A stretch of 64,000 bases of DNA from Vicinamibacteria bacterium. GTDB taxonomy: Bacteria > Acidobacteriota > Vicinamibacteria > Marinacidobacterales > Marinacidobacteraceae. The DNA lies in assembly GCA_965199715.1 (NCBI GenBank), contig OZ241322.1:1056001-1120000 (forward strand), read 5' to 3'. A program made the translations under genes and the position numbers. The notes under the pieces were generated by a model. That model was not told the origin of the DNA. It was given only the letters and a program-made list of their open reading frames with translations, and searched no databases. Positions 1-10,326 of the stretch are shown piece after piece. Within the stretch, counting starts at the first letter, position 1. Every line of letters begins with the position of its first letter.

Positions 1-19
1 CTGGGCGTCGCGGACCGGC

Positions 20-1609
20 TCAGGCGTCACCGAAGGTCACCCGGTCGGCTTCGGCGAGCGTGGTCTCGCCGCGCGCCACCGCCCGCAGCGCGTTCTGGCG
101 CAGCGAGACCATCCCGTCGGCCTCGGCCTTCCGCCGCAGCGCCGCCGGCCCGGCGCGGTCGAGGATCATGCCCCGGATCGCGTCGTCGAGCGGAAGCGCT
201 TCCGCCACGACCGAGCGGCCACGGAAGCCGACTCCGTTGCAGGCGCGGCAGCCGGTCGGACGGGCGACCGACGCCGCCGAGAGTCCGGCCCGCACCAGCG
301 CCGCGCGCTCCCGGGCGTCGGGCGCGGCGGACGCGCGGCACGACCGGCAGAGCAGGCGCAGGAGGCGCTGGGCCACGATGCAGTTGAGCGCCGACACGAA
401 GTTGTGCGGGTCCGCGCCCATGTGGAGGAGGCGGCCGATGACGTCGAAGGCGTGGTTCGCGTGGACCGTGGTGAGCACGAGGTGCCCGGTGAGCGCCGCC
501 TGCACCGCGATGGCCGCCGTCTCCGGATCGCGCACCTCGCCCACCATGATGGCGTCGGGGTCGTGGCGCAGGATGGAGCGCAGGCCGCGGGCGAAGGTGA
601 GGCCCTTCTTCTCGTTGACCGGGACCTGGGTCACGCCGGCGATCTCGTACTCGACCGGATCCTCGATGGTCACGAACTTCTCCTGCGGCGTGACGATCTC
701 GGAGAGCGCCGCGTAGAGGGTCGTGGTCTTGCCGCTCCCGGTGGGGCCGGTGGCGAGGAGCATCCCGAACGGGTACCGGGCGTGTTCGCGCAGCAGGTCC
801 AGCTCGCGGCCGCGGAATCCGAGCGCCTCCAGCGAAAGCGACTCGAAGCGCGACCCGAGGCTGAGCTTGTCCAGCACCCGCACCACGACGTCCTCGCCGT
901 GCGCGCTCGGCAGCACCGAGACGCGGAAGTCCACGGTCCGGCGGCCGCCGTTCTCGGGAACGAACGCCCGGAAGCGCCCGTCCTGCGGCACCCGGCGCTC
1001 GGCCACGTCCAGCTCCGCCATGACCTTCAGCCGGGCCACGACGGTCTGGTGGTGGGCCGCGTCCACCGACTCCATCGCCGGGTAGAGGACGCCGTCCACG
1101 CGGTACTTGAGGACAACCTCGTCGGCCTTGGTCTCGACGTGGACATCGGTGGCGCGGCGCTCGATCGCGTTCACCAGAAGCGAGTCCACGAGCCGGACGA
1201 CGGGGCTGTCGGCGGCGCCCCCGCCGGCGTCGAGGGCGACCGTCGCCGGGCCGCCGGACTCGGATTCGGGGGCGGACTCGCGAAGGTCCGCCGAAGCCCG
1301 GTCGAGCAGGAAGCTGGAGTTCGCGTTCCGCTCGAGGACGGCGTCCAGCGCCTGCGGGTCGGCGACGCTCGCCTCGAGCGGGCGGCCGAGGAGCATCTCG
1401 AGCCGGTCCAGCTCGCGCTCGCGGACCGGAGGAGCCACCGCGATGCGCAGCCGCTCGCCGTCCTCGCCGAGCGGGACGAACCGGAAGCGGCGCACCAGAT
1501 CCATCGGCACGCGGCGCCACGCCGCGTGATCGTCGGGGAGCGACGCGAGATCGATGACCGGATACGCAGGACCGGCGGCCTTCAGGTCCGCCAGCGCCGC
1601 GTCAGTCGC
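20..1609 (-). CDS. GspE/PulE/PilB family secretion or pilus assembly ATPase
   Basis: Walker A GPTGSGKT, TIEDPVE, LRHDPDAIMVGEVRD, TGHLVLTTVH, and CxxC...CxxC. The start is uncertain: the first in-frame ATG is at 1504, but N-domain-like sequence extends to the HU stop overlap at about 1609. Confidence 0.9.
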   Translation of the reverse strand, partial: ATDAALADLKAAGPAYPVIDLASLPDDHAAWRRVPMDLVRRFRFVPLGEDGERLRIAVAPPVRERELDRLEMLLGRPLEASVADPQALDAVLERNANSSFLLDRASADLRESAPESESGGPATVALDAGGGAADSPVVRLVDSLLVNAIERRATDVHVETKADEVVLKYRVDGVLYPAMESVDAAHHQTVVARLKVMAELDVAERRVPQDGRFRAFVPENGGRRTVDFRVSVLPSAHGEDVVVRVLDKLSLGSRFESLSLEALGFRGRELDLLREHARYPFGMLLATGPTGSGKTTTLYAALSEIVTPQEKFVTIEDPVEYEIAGVTQVPVNEKKGLTFARGLRSILRHDPDAIMVGEVRDPETAAIAVQAALTGHLVLTTVHANHAFDVIGRLLHMGADPHNFVSALNCIVAQRLLRLLCRSCRASAAPDARERAALVRAGLSAASVARPTGCRACNGVGFRGRSVVAEALPLDDAIRGMILDRAGPAALRRKAEADGMVSLRQNALRAVARGETTLAEADRVTFGDA

Positions 1610-1880
1610 CGACGACTTCGGTCTGGAACGGCCGGGCGACCTTGGCCCGCACGACCTGGCGCGCCGGAATGGCGATGGCCTCGCCGGTCTGGACGTTCCG
1701 GCCCTGCCGCGCCTTGCGCTCGGCGACCTGGAGCTTGGCGACCCCGGGGATCGTGAACTCGCCGTCGTCCTGGAGCGCCTTCGCGGCGCGGTCCCGAAGG
1801 GCGTCCAGCATGGCGGCGGCCTGGCGGCGGGTGACGCCGGCCTCCGCGGCGAGGTGCTGCACAAGCGCGGCTTTGGTCAT
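1602..1880 (-). CDS. HU family DNA-binding protein
   Basis: 92 aa with MTKAALV start and the RKARQGRNVQTGEAIAIPA HU/IHF arm motif. Confidence 0.93.
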   Translation of the reverse strand: MTKAALVQHLAAEAGVTRRQAAAMLDALRDRAAKALQDDGEFTIPGVAKLQVAERKARQGRNVQTGEAIAIPARQVVRAKVARPFQTEVVGD

Positions 1881-1950
1881 GGGCTGCGTTCCTTTCGGAA
1901 GGGAAAAAAGAATAGGAAATTGTACGAGAAAGTTCCTCGTTTTCGGCCGT

Positions 1951-4947
1951 TCAGAATCCGAGCAGCCGATCGAGCGCGGCGAGCCGGCCGTTCCACATGA
2001 CGGCCCGCACGTCCCGAAGGTTTCGTATGTCCTCGAGCGGGTCGCCGTCGAGGAGCACGAGGTCGGCGAGATACCCGGGGCGGATCGCGCCGAGCTGGTC
2101 CTCGACCCCGAGCGCCTCGGCGGCGAGGATGGTGCTCGCCCGGATCGCCGCCGCGGGCCCCGGGCCGGCCTCGGCGAACTGCTCGATCTCGAGAATCAGG
2201 CCGAGGCCGTAGGGAACAATGGGGGTGTCGGTGCCCATCACGACCCGCGCCCCTTCCCGCCACGCGGCGTGGACCGTCTCCCACATCGGCTCCATGAGCC
2301 GCCGCCGGACTTCGGCGTCCATGGGCTCGGCCCCCGCGATCCCCCGCAGCGCCCACGGCGGGAACGCGTTGAGCCGGCGGTCCGCCTGCAGCATCTCGAG
2401 ATCCCGCGCCAGCGCGAGGTCCCAGCCTCCGTAGATGAGGAGCGTCGGGACCCAGAAGACCCCGGACGCGGCGAGGAGCGACCGCACGTCCTGGTAGGAA
2501 TGGCCGAGGTCGGAGACCTTGGGGGAGAAGCCCCGGCGCGAGGTTCCCTTGATGTGCTCGATCCCGTGGATCCCGCTGCGCACCGCCGGATACAGCTCGT
2601 GCGACGTCACGAAGGCCCCCATCCGGCGGCCCTCCCGGATCGCCATCTCCTGGGTGCGGTCGTCGAGGCGGACGTAGGTCTTGAGCACGTCGAAATCGAG
2701 ATCGCGGGCGAGCTGGAGGATCGAGTCCACCGCCCGCTCGCTGCGGGCGGCGACGGCTCCCGGGTAGTAGATGCGGTCCCCGTCGAGCACCGCGCCGGTG
2801 ACGAACATGCGCGGACCGACCCGGCGCCCGGCGAGCACCGACTCGCGCTCCTCCAGCACCCGGTAGGTCGCCGCCGCCGGCACCCGGACGGTGGTCACCC
2901 CGTACGACAGGTGGACCCGGCCGAAGCGGTTCCCGAACGCCGGCCCCGGCGTGTGGGTATGCATCTCGATGAGGCCGGGGACAAGCGTCCCGCCCTCGCC
3001 GGCGACGACCCGCAGGTCCTCGGGCGGCGCGTTTCCGGTGGGTTCGGTCGAGACGATGCGCCCGGCCTCCACGAGCACGTCCTGGCCGGGCGCGATCTCG
3101 CCGGCTTCCACGTCGAGGACGCCCACGTCCTGGAAGAGGATCGAACCCGAAGGCGACTGGACCGAGTACTCGTGCCGCAGCGGGATCGTCTCGAACCCGC
3201 CGCCGTCGGCCGCGATGCGGACCACGTCGGTCCCCGAGAGCGCGACGAGGCTCCTTCCGTCGGGAGCCCACGACGGGAAGTCCACCGGTCCCTCGAAGAT
3301 CCGGCGCGGCTCGCCGAGCTCCTCGCCGTCGAAGGGAAGGATCGCGAGCCCGCCGTCGAGGGCGAGCGCCAGCGAGCGGCCGTCGGGCGAGAAGACCGGG
3401 CCGTCGGACTCGCGAGTTCCGAAGCTGCCCTCGACGCCCTCGAGAAGCCGGAACTCTCCCGAATCCGCGGCGACCAGCGCGATGCGGTTCCAGCCCTCGC
3501 GGAAGCGGGTGGAGAACGGGCGGAGCGCGCCGACGGCAATCACGGAGCCGTCGCGGCTCCAGCTCGGCATGCCGGTTCCGCGCCGCCCCCGGAAGAGCGG
3601 CTCGTCGCGGATCTCGACGACTCCCTCGGCGTCGCGCGGGCCGACCCGCAGGTTCCCGCCCTCGTCCAGCCACGCGACCTGGCTCCCGTCGGGGCTGAGC
3701 GCCGGACTGACCTCCGCCCCGAGGTCCGACGTGATCTGGACGAGGCCGGCGCCGGGAGCGGAGTCCACGCTCTTCTCCCAGATGTCCATCGTGCCGAGGC
3801 GGTCGCTCGCGAAGACGACGCCGCTGCCGTCCGGCAGCCAGACCGGGTCCGTGTCGAGGAAGGCGTCGCGGGTGAGCGGCAGCGGCGCCTCGGAGCCGTC
3901 CAGCGGAGCGATCCAGAGGTCGCCGAGCGCCGCGTAGAGCAGCAGGGATCCGTCGGGGCTGAGGCTCGGGCGCACGACGCCGCGCACCGGCTGCGGCTCC
4001 TCGGCCTCGGTGCGGATCTTCCCCCGCGGAGTCGGGGGGCGGACCACGGCGAGCGTCGCCTCGAAGGAGACGGTCGCGACCTCGCCCGAAAGCCCGATGC
4101 GGCGGATTTCGCCGTCGCCCGAGTACAGCAGGTTTGCGTCGTCGAGCCAGACCGGACGGAACGGGAAGACGTCGGCCCCCGACCCCTCGAGCGCGCGGGG
4201 GGCGCCCTCGGCGGCGAGCGGGACCACGACCCATTCCGCGGCGACCCCCATGTCGAAGGGGGTTCCCATGAGCTCCAGCGCCTCGCTCCGGAGGCGGCGG
4301 AACGCCACTCGCTCGCCGTCGGGACTCACCGCGGGCGCGGTGACCGTTCCCTCGGTCCCCGGGACCGCGACCGGTTCGCCGCCGCCCGCCGGAAGGTGGA
4401 GGATCTCGGCCTCGCCGCCCTCCGGCTCGGAGACGAAGACGAGCCCGCCGCCCGGGGTCCACGCCGGCCAATACTCGTTGCCGAGCGCGCTCGTCCGCGC
4501 GGTCAGCTCGCCGCTCTCCACCTCCAGCACCCAGACGTCGTAGGTGCCGCCGCGGTCGGAAGCGAAGGCGATCCGGCTCCCGTCCGGCGACCACGCGGGC
4601 TCCCGGTCGTCGAACGGACCGGTCGTCAGCCGCTCGGCCTCGCCGCCGTCCAGCGGCAGCGTCCAGATGTCCCAGGTTCCGGCGCGGAAGGACTGGAAGG
4701 CGAGGCGCGAGCCGTCCGGATGGAGGTGCGGAATCCGGTCGTCGCCGAAGCCGTCGGTGAGGGCCTCCGCCGCTCCGCCGCCGCCCGGAACCCGCCAGAG
4801 CGTCCCCTGCAAGTCGAGGTAGAGCGGGCCGCCCCCGGGCGCCGCGGCCACCGCGAAATTCGTTCCCTCGGTGACGACGACGGGTCGCTCGTCCTGCGCC
4901 GACACGGGCGCCGCCAGCGCAACGGCGAGGGCCGCGCAACGCAACAT
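1951..4947 (-). CDS. Secreted amidohydrolase with N-terminal TolB/PD40 beta-propeller repeats
   Basis: Signal peptide, repeated PAWSPDG motifs, PGLIEMHTH metal motif and GxIxxGxxADLVLLDGDPL C-terminus. Confidence 0.88.
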   Translation of the reverse strand: MLRCAALAVALAAPVSAQDERPVVVTEGTNFAVAAAPGGGPLYLDLQGTLWRVPGGGGAAEALTDGFGDDRIPHLHPDGSRLAFQSFRAGTWDIWTLPLDGGEAERLTTGPFDDREPAWSPDGSRIAFASDRGGTYDVWVLEVESGELTARTSALGNEYWPAWTPGGGLVFVSEPEGGEAEILHLPAGGGEPVAVPGTEGTVTAPAVSPDGERVAFRRLRSEALELMGTPFDMGVAAEWVVVPLAAEGAPRALEGSGADVFPFRPVWLDDANLLYSGDGEIRRIGLSGEVATVSFEATLAVVRPPTPRGKIRTEAEEPQPVRGVVRPSLSPDGSLLLYAALGDLWIAPLDGSEAPLPLTRDAFLDTDPVWLPDGSGVVFASDRLGTMDIWEKSVDSAPGAGLVQITSDLGAEVSPALSPDGSQVAWLDEGGNLRVGPRDAEGVVEIRDEPLFRGRRGTGMPSWSRDGSVIAVGALRPFSTRFREGWNRIALVAADSGEFRLLEGVEGSFGTRESDGPVFSPDGRSLALALDGGLAILPFDGEELGEPRRIFEGPVDFPSWAPDGRSLVALSGTDVVRIAADGGGFETIPLRHEYSVQSPSGSILFQDVGVLDVEAGEIAPGQDVLVEAGRIVSTEPTGNAPPEDLRVVAGEGGTLVPGLIEMHTHTPGPAFGNRFGRVHLSYGVTTVRVPAAATYRVLEERESVLAGRRVGPRMFVTGAVLDGDRIYYPGAVAARSERAVDSILQLARDLDFDVLKTYVRLDDRTQEMAIREGRRMGAFVTSHELYPAVRSGIHGIEHIKGTSRRGFSPKVSDLGHSYQDVRSLLAASGVFWVPTLLIYGGWDLALARDLEMLQADRRLNAFPPWALRGIAGAEPMDAEVRRRLMEPMWETVHAAWREGARVVMGTDTPIVPYGLGLILEIEQFAEAGPGPAAAIRASTILAAEALGVEDQLGAIRPGYLADLVLLDGDPLEDIRNLRDVRAVMWNGRLAALDRLLGF

Positions 4948-4989
4948 GGGGCGGCGATGCTAGCAGCGGAACCGGGTATGGTCAGCCCC

Positions 4990-6126
4990 ATGCGTCCCGT
5001 TTTCGCACTGCTCCTTCTCGTCGGCTGCGTCGCCCCCGCGGAGCCGCCTTCGCTGGAGGCCGTCGCCGAGGCCGCCGCGGGGGAGATCGGGGCCGCGATC
5101 GCCGCCGACGGGCGCGGCGGGGCGGCGCTCGGGCTGTTCGTCGGCGACCGGCTGGAGCTGACACGGGGGTACGGAGTCGCCGATCACGCGACCGGGGCCG
5201 AAGTCACCGTGGACCACGCGTTCCGGATCGGCTCGATCACCAAGCCGGTCACCGCGATGGCGCTGCTGCGGCTCGCGAACCTGGGCGCGGCGGACCTCGG
5301 CGACCCGGTCGCGACGCTCGTGCCGGAGCTCGCGCGGATCGAGAACCCGTTTCCGGGGCCGAGCCTCATCCAACTGGGGACGATGACCTCGGGGCTCGCC
5401 CGCGAACCAGAGAACCTTCCGACCCATCTCGAGGGAGCGCCCGACGACTGGCTGGAGACGGCGTTCCGGGCGCTTGAGGAGACGTCCTTCGAATACCCGC
5501 CGGGCGTGCGCTACCAGTACTCCAACATCGGCTACGCGGTGCTCGGCGCCGCGGTGGAGCGGGCGGCCGGGGAGCCGTTCATGGCGCACGTCCGCGAATC
5601 GCTGCTCGCCCCGCTCGGCATGGACTCGACGTTCTTCTTTCCGGTTCCGGAGATCGAGGGACGGATCGCCGCCGGCTACTCCGTCGCGGACGACGGTTCG
5701 CTCGACGGCGAGCGGGCGGCGCGAGAGCACGCGGGCCGCGGCTACAAGGTGCCGAACGGGGCGCTCTACAGCACCGTCGAAGACCTGCGCGTCTTCTTGC
5801 GGTTCCTCGCCGGCGAGGGGGGCGAGGACGTGATCCCGGCGGAGGTCCGGCGCGAGAACCTCACCCGGGCGTTCGCGGAGGGGGATCTCTCGTCGGGCTA
5901 CGGCTTCGGCTTCCAGGCCCGGCGGCTCGACGACGCGGACGGGGCCGGGTTCACCGCGTGGGGGCACGGCGGCAGCGTCGCCGGCTACCGGGCGGCGGCA
6001 TGGATCGAGCCGGAGACCGGCGCGGTCGCGGTCGTGCTGCGCAACGTGGGCGGCGGGCCGTCTCCGGGCGATCTGGCGTTCCGCGCGCTGCGCCGCATCG
6101 TGGCGGCGGCGCGGGCTCAGCCGTAG
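4990..6126 (+). CDS. Serine hydrolase, beta-lactamase/AmpC-like family lipoprotein
   Basis: FRIGSITK (SxxK), YQYSNIGY (YxN), WGHGG, and an LVGC lipobox. Alternative ATG at 4978. Confidence 0.88.
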   Translation: MRPVFALLLLVGCVAPAEPPSLEAVAEAAAGEIGAAIAADGRGGAALGLFVGDRLELTRGYGVADHATGAEVTVDHAFRIGSITKPVTAMALLRLANLGAADLGDPVATLVPELARIENPFPGPSLIQLGTMTSGLAREPENLPTHLEGAPDDWLETAFRALEETSFEYPPGVRYQYSNIGYAVLGAAVERAAGEPFMAHVRESLLAPLGMDSTFFFPVPEIEGRIAAGYSVADDGSLDGERAAREHAGRGYKVPNGALYSTVEDLRVFLRFLAGEGGEDVIPAEVRRENLTRAFAEGDLSSGYGFGFQARRLDDADGAGFTAWGHGGSVAGYRAAAWIEPETGAVAVVLRNVGGGPSPGDLAFRALRRIVAAARAQP

Positions 6127-6923
6127 GAATCGAGCAGCTTCCGCGCCGCGCGGGCGTGGAGCGCCTCCACGAGCTCGCCGTCCCGTTCGGCGACCGCCTC
6201 GCCCCGAAGGTCGGCGGCCCGCCAGGCGTCGAGCGTCCGGCGGGCGCGTTCCCGTTCCGTGTCCGTCAAGGCGAAGGCCTCGTGGATGACCGGAACCTGC
6301 GCCGGGTGGATCGCCAGCATGCCGTCGAAACCGAGCCCGGCCGCCCGGCGGGCGCTGCGGCGCAGCCCGTCGAGATCGCGGAACGCGAACCACGGCGAGT
6401 CCCAGACGCGGATTCCGGCGGCGCGAGCGGCGAGCAGGAGGCGCTGACGGACGTACGCGAGCGGCTCCTCGCCCGGGTCGCGGACGCCGAGGCCGAGGCG
6501 GTAGTCCGCCGCGCCGAAGGCGATTCCCTCGACGCCCCGCGCGGCGGCGAGCTCGAAGACGCGGGCGGCCCCGAGCGCGGTCTCGATCATCAAGTGGACG
6601 CGGAATCCCTCCGCCTCGACCGATTCCGCCTTGGGGAGCAGCGCCTCCTCGAATCCGGCGGCCCGCGCCGCCTCGAGGTCGGCCCGGCCCTCGGGGCCGG
6701 CGTTCACCCGCACGATGACGCGCGCGTCGCCGAGCAGGGCGCGCGCGTCGCCGAGCCCGGCGCGGGCCTCGGCCTTCCTCGACGGGTGCACGCCGTCCTC
6801 CAGATCGAGCACGAGCGCGTCCGCGCCGCGCCGGGCGGCCTTCCGCACCATCCGGGCGGAGGACGCCGGGACGATGAGCAGCGAGCGAACCTTCGAGGCC
6901 GGGACTTCGTTTTCTTCAGGCAT
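6117..6923 (-). CDS. CoA ester lyase (CitE / HpcH-HpaI aldolase family)
   Basis: RSLLIVP, DLEDGV, LPKAES, MIETALG, and GFDGMLAIHPAQV motifs. Confidence 0.88.
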   Translation of the reverse strand: MPEENEVPASKVRSLLIVPASSARMVRKAARRGADALVLDLEDGVHPSRKAEARAGLGDARALLGDARVIVRVNAGPEGRADLEAARAAGFEEALLPKAESVEAEGFRVHLMIETALGAARVFELAAARGVEGIAFGAADYRLGLGVRDPGEEPLAYVRQRLLLAARAAGIRVWDSPWFAFRDLDGLRRSARRAAGLGFDGMLAIHPAQVPVIHEAFALTDTERERARRTLDAWRAADLRGEAVAERDGELVEALHARAARKLLDSYG

Positions 6924-7464
6924 GCTCCGAATTCTGCGCACTCTCGCCGTCCTGCTGCCGGCCCTCCCGTCGGCGGCGCTCGCCCAGCCCCGGTCGTGGC
7001 TCCACGTGGAAGTGGATCAGCCGGAGGAGGAGCGCAACGTGCGCGTCCGCCTGCCGCTCGGGGTCGTGGAGAGCCTCGCCGATTCGCTCGAGGAGCGGAT
7101 CTTCGACGGGATCTCCGAAGCGCTCGAAAACCGCGACGAAGACGGCGACATGGACCGGTTCCGGACGCTGTGGCGCTCGCTCGGGGCGAATCCCGGCGCC
7201 GTGGTCGAGGTGCGCGAGGGCGACTCCGACGGACTCACCGCCCGCATGGACGGCGGCGAGGTGCGCATCGAGGGCGGCGGCGACGACGGGACGGTGAACG
7301 TCCGCATTCCGGTGGAGGTCGGGGACGCGCTGTTCGCCGCCGACGAACCGGACGCCGAAGCGCTGGCGGACGCGCTGCGGGAGATCGGCGAGAACGACGG
7401 CGAGCTGGCGTCGGTCGAGAGCGACGAGGGCCGCGTGCGCATCTGGATCGGTCCGGCGCAATGA
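6922..7464 (+). CDS. Hypothetical secreted protein
   Basis: Signal peptide (ALA|Q), acidic beta-rich body, GC3-rich codons. ATGA overlap with the next gene. Confidence 0.7.
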   Translation: MLRILRTLAVLLPALPSAALAQPRSWLHVEVDQPEEERNVRVRLPLGVVESLADSLEERIFDGISEALENRDEDGDMDRFRTLWRSLGANPGAVVEVREGDSDGLTARMDGGEVRIEGGGDDGTVNVRIPVEVGDALFAADEPDAEALADALREIGENDGELASVESDEGRVRIWIGPAQ

Positions 7465-7988
7465 CGAGGCTCCCGCTGCTGGGCGGCGCCGTCGCGCTCA
7501 CGGCCTCGCTGGCGATGGCGGCCTGCGTCTCGGCGTTGGGGCTCACGTTCGTCACGGTGGCCACGGCGGTCGCGAACGTCTCGCTTCCGGTCCCGCTGGC
7601 CCTGCCCCGGGCCGCGGTCGCGTTTCTGCCCGACGGGTTGCTGGACGCGGCCGAAGAGCGCGAGCTCGGGGCCGCCCTCGCCGCACTGGGCGCCCTGGCC
7701 GACGCGCTGGAGGACGTTCCGGACGGCTTCGCGCTGGTCGAAGTCGAGGAGCCCGGGACTTCCGTCCGGATCGCGAAGGACGGCGACGCGCTCGCGGTCC
7801 GGGTGGACGATCGCGACCAACGGGTCCGGGTCTCCGCCCCGATCGCCGCGCTCGCCGGCGCCGCTGCGGCGTGCGGCCCCGAGCGATGCGACCTGAAGGC
7901 GCTGGCCCGAGCGGTCCTCGGCGAGGCCCAGGGCCTGCGGGTCGAGGTTCGGGACGGCGAGTACGACGTCCGGATCGGCGGGTTCTAG
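7461..7988 (+). CDS. Hypothetical membrane-anchored protein, loosely similar in style to the upstream protein
   Basis: ATGA overlap with the previous gene, hydrophobic N-terminus, and a VEVR...VRI C-terminus like its neighbour. Confidence 0.65.
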   Translation: MTRLPLLGGAVALTASLAMAACVSALGLTFVTVATAVANVSLPVPLALPRAAVAFLPDGLLDAAEERELGAALAALGALADALEDVPDGFALVEVEEPGTSVRIAKDGDALAVRVDDRDQRVRVSAPIAALAGAAAACGPERCDLKALARAVLGEAQGLRVEVRDGEYDVRIGGF

Positions 7989-10186
7989 AACCGGAAGAGC
8001 CGGGTGAACTTGAGAATGACGCTCTGGTTGTCCTCCGGGTAGCCCGGAAGCAGGGTGTCGCGCACCGAGTTGTACACGAGGAAGAAGTCGCTTCCCGGCT
8101 CGTACTCCCAGCGGAAGCGGACGTTCGCGGAGAGACTGTTCGCCGCGCCGTTGTACTGGAGGAACGCGGCGAGGAAGCTCCTCGGCGACAGCGCGTAGTT
8201 GATCCGGGTCGAGATCAGCCGGGTGTCGTACTCGCCGCCCGGCAGCTCGATCCAGTTGAAGGCGACCGTCGGCTCGAGGGTGAGCCGGGGCCGCGCCTCC
8301 ACCCGGTAGCGGTAGGAAATCTCCCGCCGGCTGCCGTCGAAGAACCCTCCCTGCTGGTAGGCGAAGTTCCCGGAGATGCGCCGTTGCGGGCCGGTCTGGA
8401 GGTTCAGCCTCACGTGGTCGAAGTCGTACGACCCGAACGGCGTGGCGAGGTCGCCGAGCAGGAAGTCCTCCTTGAGCGCCTCGGTGTTGCGCACGAGATG
8501 CACCTGGAGCTGGTCGCCGCTCTCGAACTCCATCTCGTAGCGCCCGTTCAGGATCCGCGTCTCGAGCACGTCTTCGTTGTCGGTCGTGTAGTCGAGGCTC
8601 CCGATCCATCCGACCTTGCGCAGCCATGAGATCGAGCGGGGCCTCGGGCTGAAGCGGGCCTCGGCGTAATTCCGCCGGAACGCCTGCCGGCGCAGGAATC
8701 CCAGGCCGGGATTGAAGTCGTCCCCGACCATGAGCCGCTCCATCCGGAGCCCGTAGCGATCCCCGTTGTAGTCGAGCGAGCCGAGGTAGCTGAAGCCCGG
8801 ATCGTCGTCGAGCTCGTCCCGAGTCCACGCGGCGTACCCCACGACGTCGAGGTTCTCGTACAGGCCGAAGCGGGCGTCGAGCCCCCACGCGGCGTTCCAG
8901 CCGCCGCCGTCGGCGGTGCGCGAGCGCAGGGTTCCCATCGCGCCGACCGTGCTGCGCGACAGGACGTCGCGCTTGATCCGGAACACCGAGAAGTCGGTGA
9001 CCGGCGCGACGCCGGCCTCGTTCTCGCCGGTGCGCATCTGGAGCGCCCCGACGCTGAACCCGCCGATCCGCCCGCTCATCCGGCCCCCGGCGGTGATGGG
9101 CACCTGCTGGCCGCCGGCGAGGCCGATGTTCCGGCTGAAGAAGAGCACCGGAGTGCTGCTCGGCGGCCCGAAGCTGCGCGTCGAGCCGGCCGGCGGGGCG
9201 CGGCCCGCCGGACCGAAGTTGAAGATGCCCCGGCCCTCGAGGAAGAACTCGCGCTTCTCGGGGAAGAACAGGCTGAAGCGGGTCAGGTTGATCTGCTGGG
9301 CGTCGGCCTCGACCTGGGCGAAGTCGGTGTTCCAGGTCAGGTCGGCGGTGAGCCCGCTCGTGAGGCCGATCTTGGCGTCGCCGCCGACGTCGGCGTGGTA
9401 GCCGCGCCCCCGGTCGCCGGCCTCGTCGCGCAGCGCCGCCGTGTCGCCCGTCAGGTACGGCTTGATCTCGAGCCGCCGCGCGCTGGCCGGGGCTTCGAGC
9501 CCGACGAGCGCCCCCGCCGAGCTGATCCTGGTGATCCCGCGGGGGCCGAGCGAGGCCGGAACCCCGTTGAGGTACGAGAACTCGTTCTTCCAGCGCACGA
9601 CCCGCCGGAAGTTGATTCCCCAGACCTGCGGCCCGCTCCTCGGGTAGCGCAGCGTCTTGAACGGGATCCGCATCTCCATCGTCCAGCCGCCTTCGAAGTA
9701 CGCCGAGCGGGAATCCCAGACGCCGGTCCAGTCCCGGTTCACGTCGCGCTCGTCCACGATCTGCCCGTCGAAGAAGCCCCCGATCGGGTTCACGTAGAAG
9801 AAGAACGCGTTCCGCTTGTCGTGGAAGGTGTCGAGGATGACCGCGACGTTCGCGTTGTTGAAGATGCCGAAGTGGTCGCGGCGCATCTCGGTGGCGACGA
9901 TCCGTTCCGGCTGGCTGTCGTGCGCCCGCGCCGCGACGTACACGTTCTCGTCGTCGAAGAAGACCCAGACCTCGGTAGGCTCGGTGGCCGGCTCGCCCTC
10001 GAGCGGGAGCGCCTGGATGAAGCCGCCCGCGCCGGGCACGCGCTCGTACACCGGGTCGTCGAGCCGGCCGTCGAGCTCCAGCGGCTCCTCGATCCGCACG
10101 GCCCGCAGCGTCGCGCCCCCGTCCTCGTCCCGCGTGATCGTCGGCTGCGCCGCGACCGAAAGAGCTAGAGGGAGCGCCGCCAGCAT
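7985..10186 (-). CDS. DUF5916 / carbohydrate-binding family 9-like outer membrane protein
   Basis: LDGRLDD, NTDFAQVEAD...NLTRFSLFFPEKREFFLEG, and a terminal beta-signal (LFRF). Confidence 0.82.
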   Translation of the reverse strand: MLAALPLALSVAAQPTITRDEDGGATLRAVRIEEPLELDGRLDDPVYERVPGAGGFIQALPLEGEPATEPTEVWVFFDDENVYVAARAHDSQPERIVATEMRRDHFGIFNNANVAVILDTFHDKRNAFFFYVNPIGGFFDGQIVDERDVNRDWTGVWDSRSAYFEGGWTMEMRIPFKTLRYPRSGPQVWGINFRRVVRWKNEFSYLNGVPASLGPRGITRISSAGALVGLEAPASARRLEIKPYLTGDTAALRDEAGDRGRGYHADVGGDAKIGLTSGLTADLTWNTDFAQVEADAQQINLTRFSLFFPEKREFFLEGRGIFNFGPAGRAPPAGSTRSFGPPSSTPVLFFSRNIGLAGGQQVPITAGGRMSGRIGGFSVGALQMRTGENEAGVAPVTDFSVFRIKRDVLSRSTVGAMGTLRSRTADGGGWNAAWGLDARFGLYENLDVVGYAAWTRDELDDDPGFSYLGSLDYNGDRYGLRMERLMVGDDFNPGLGFLRRQAFRRNYAEARFSPRPRSISWLRKVGWIGSLDYTTDNEDVLETRILNGRYEMEFESGDQLQVHLVRNTEALKEDFLLGDLATPFGSYDFDHVRLNLQTGPQRRISGNFAYQQGGFFDGSRREISYRYRVEARPRLTLEPTVAFNWIELPGGEYDTRLISTRINYALSPRSFLAAFLQYNGAANSLSANVRFRWEYEPGSDFFLVYNSVRDTLLPGYPEDNQSVILKFTRLFRF

Positions 10187-10220
10187 GTCGCCATGGAACC
10201 GGTGGATGTTAGCCGTGGCG

Positions 10221-10292
10221 TGGGCGGTGCAGGATTCGAACCTGCGACCACCTGCGCGTAAAGCAGGCGCTCTGCCACTGAGCCAACCGCCC
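10221..10292 (-). tRNA. tRNA-Val (TAC)
   Basis: GGGCGGT/ACCGCCC acceptor stem, GCTCAGTGGCAGAGC D arm, CCTGC-TTTACGC-GCAGG anticodon arm and GGTTCGAATCC T arm. CCA is not encoded directly after the discriminator. Confidence 0.95.
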
Positions 10293-10326
10293 CGACCTTA
10301 GGGTACGGTACGCCCCGAACCGGGCG

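Noticed and set aside
1642-4989. 5' part of the 1494-aa plus-strand ORF
   Set aside because: It is the antisense shadow of the amidohydrolase. Only the 3' part from about 4990 has beta-lactamase-family motifs.
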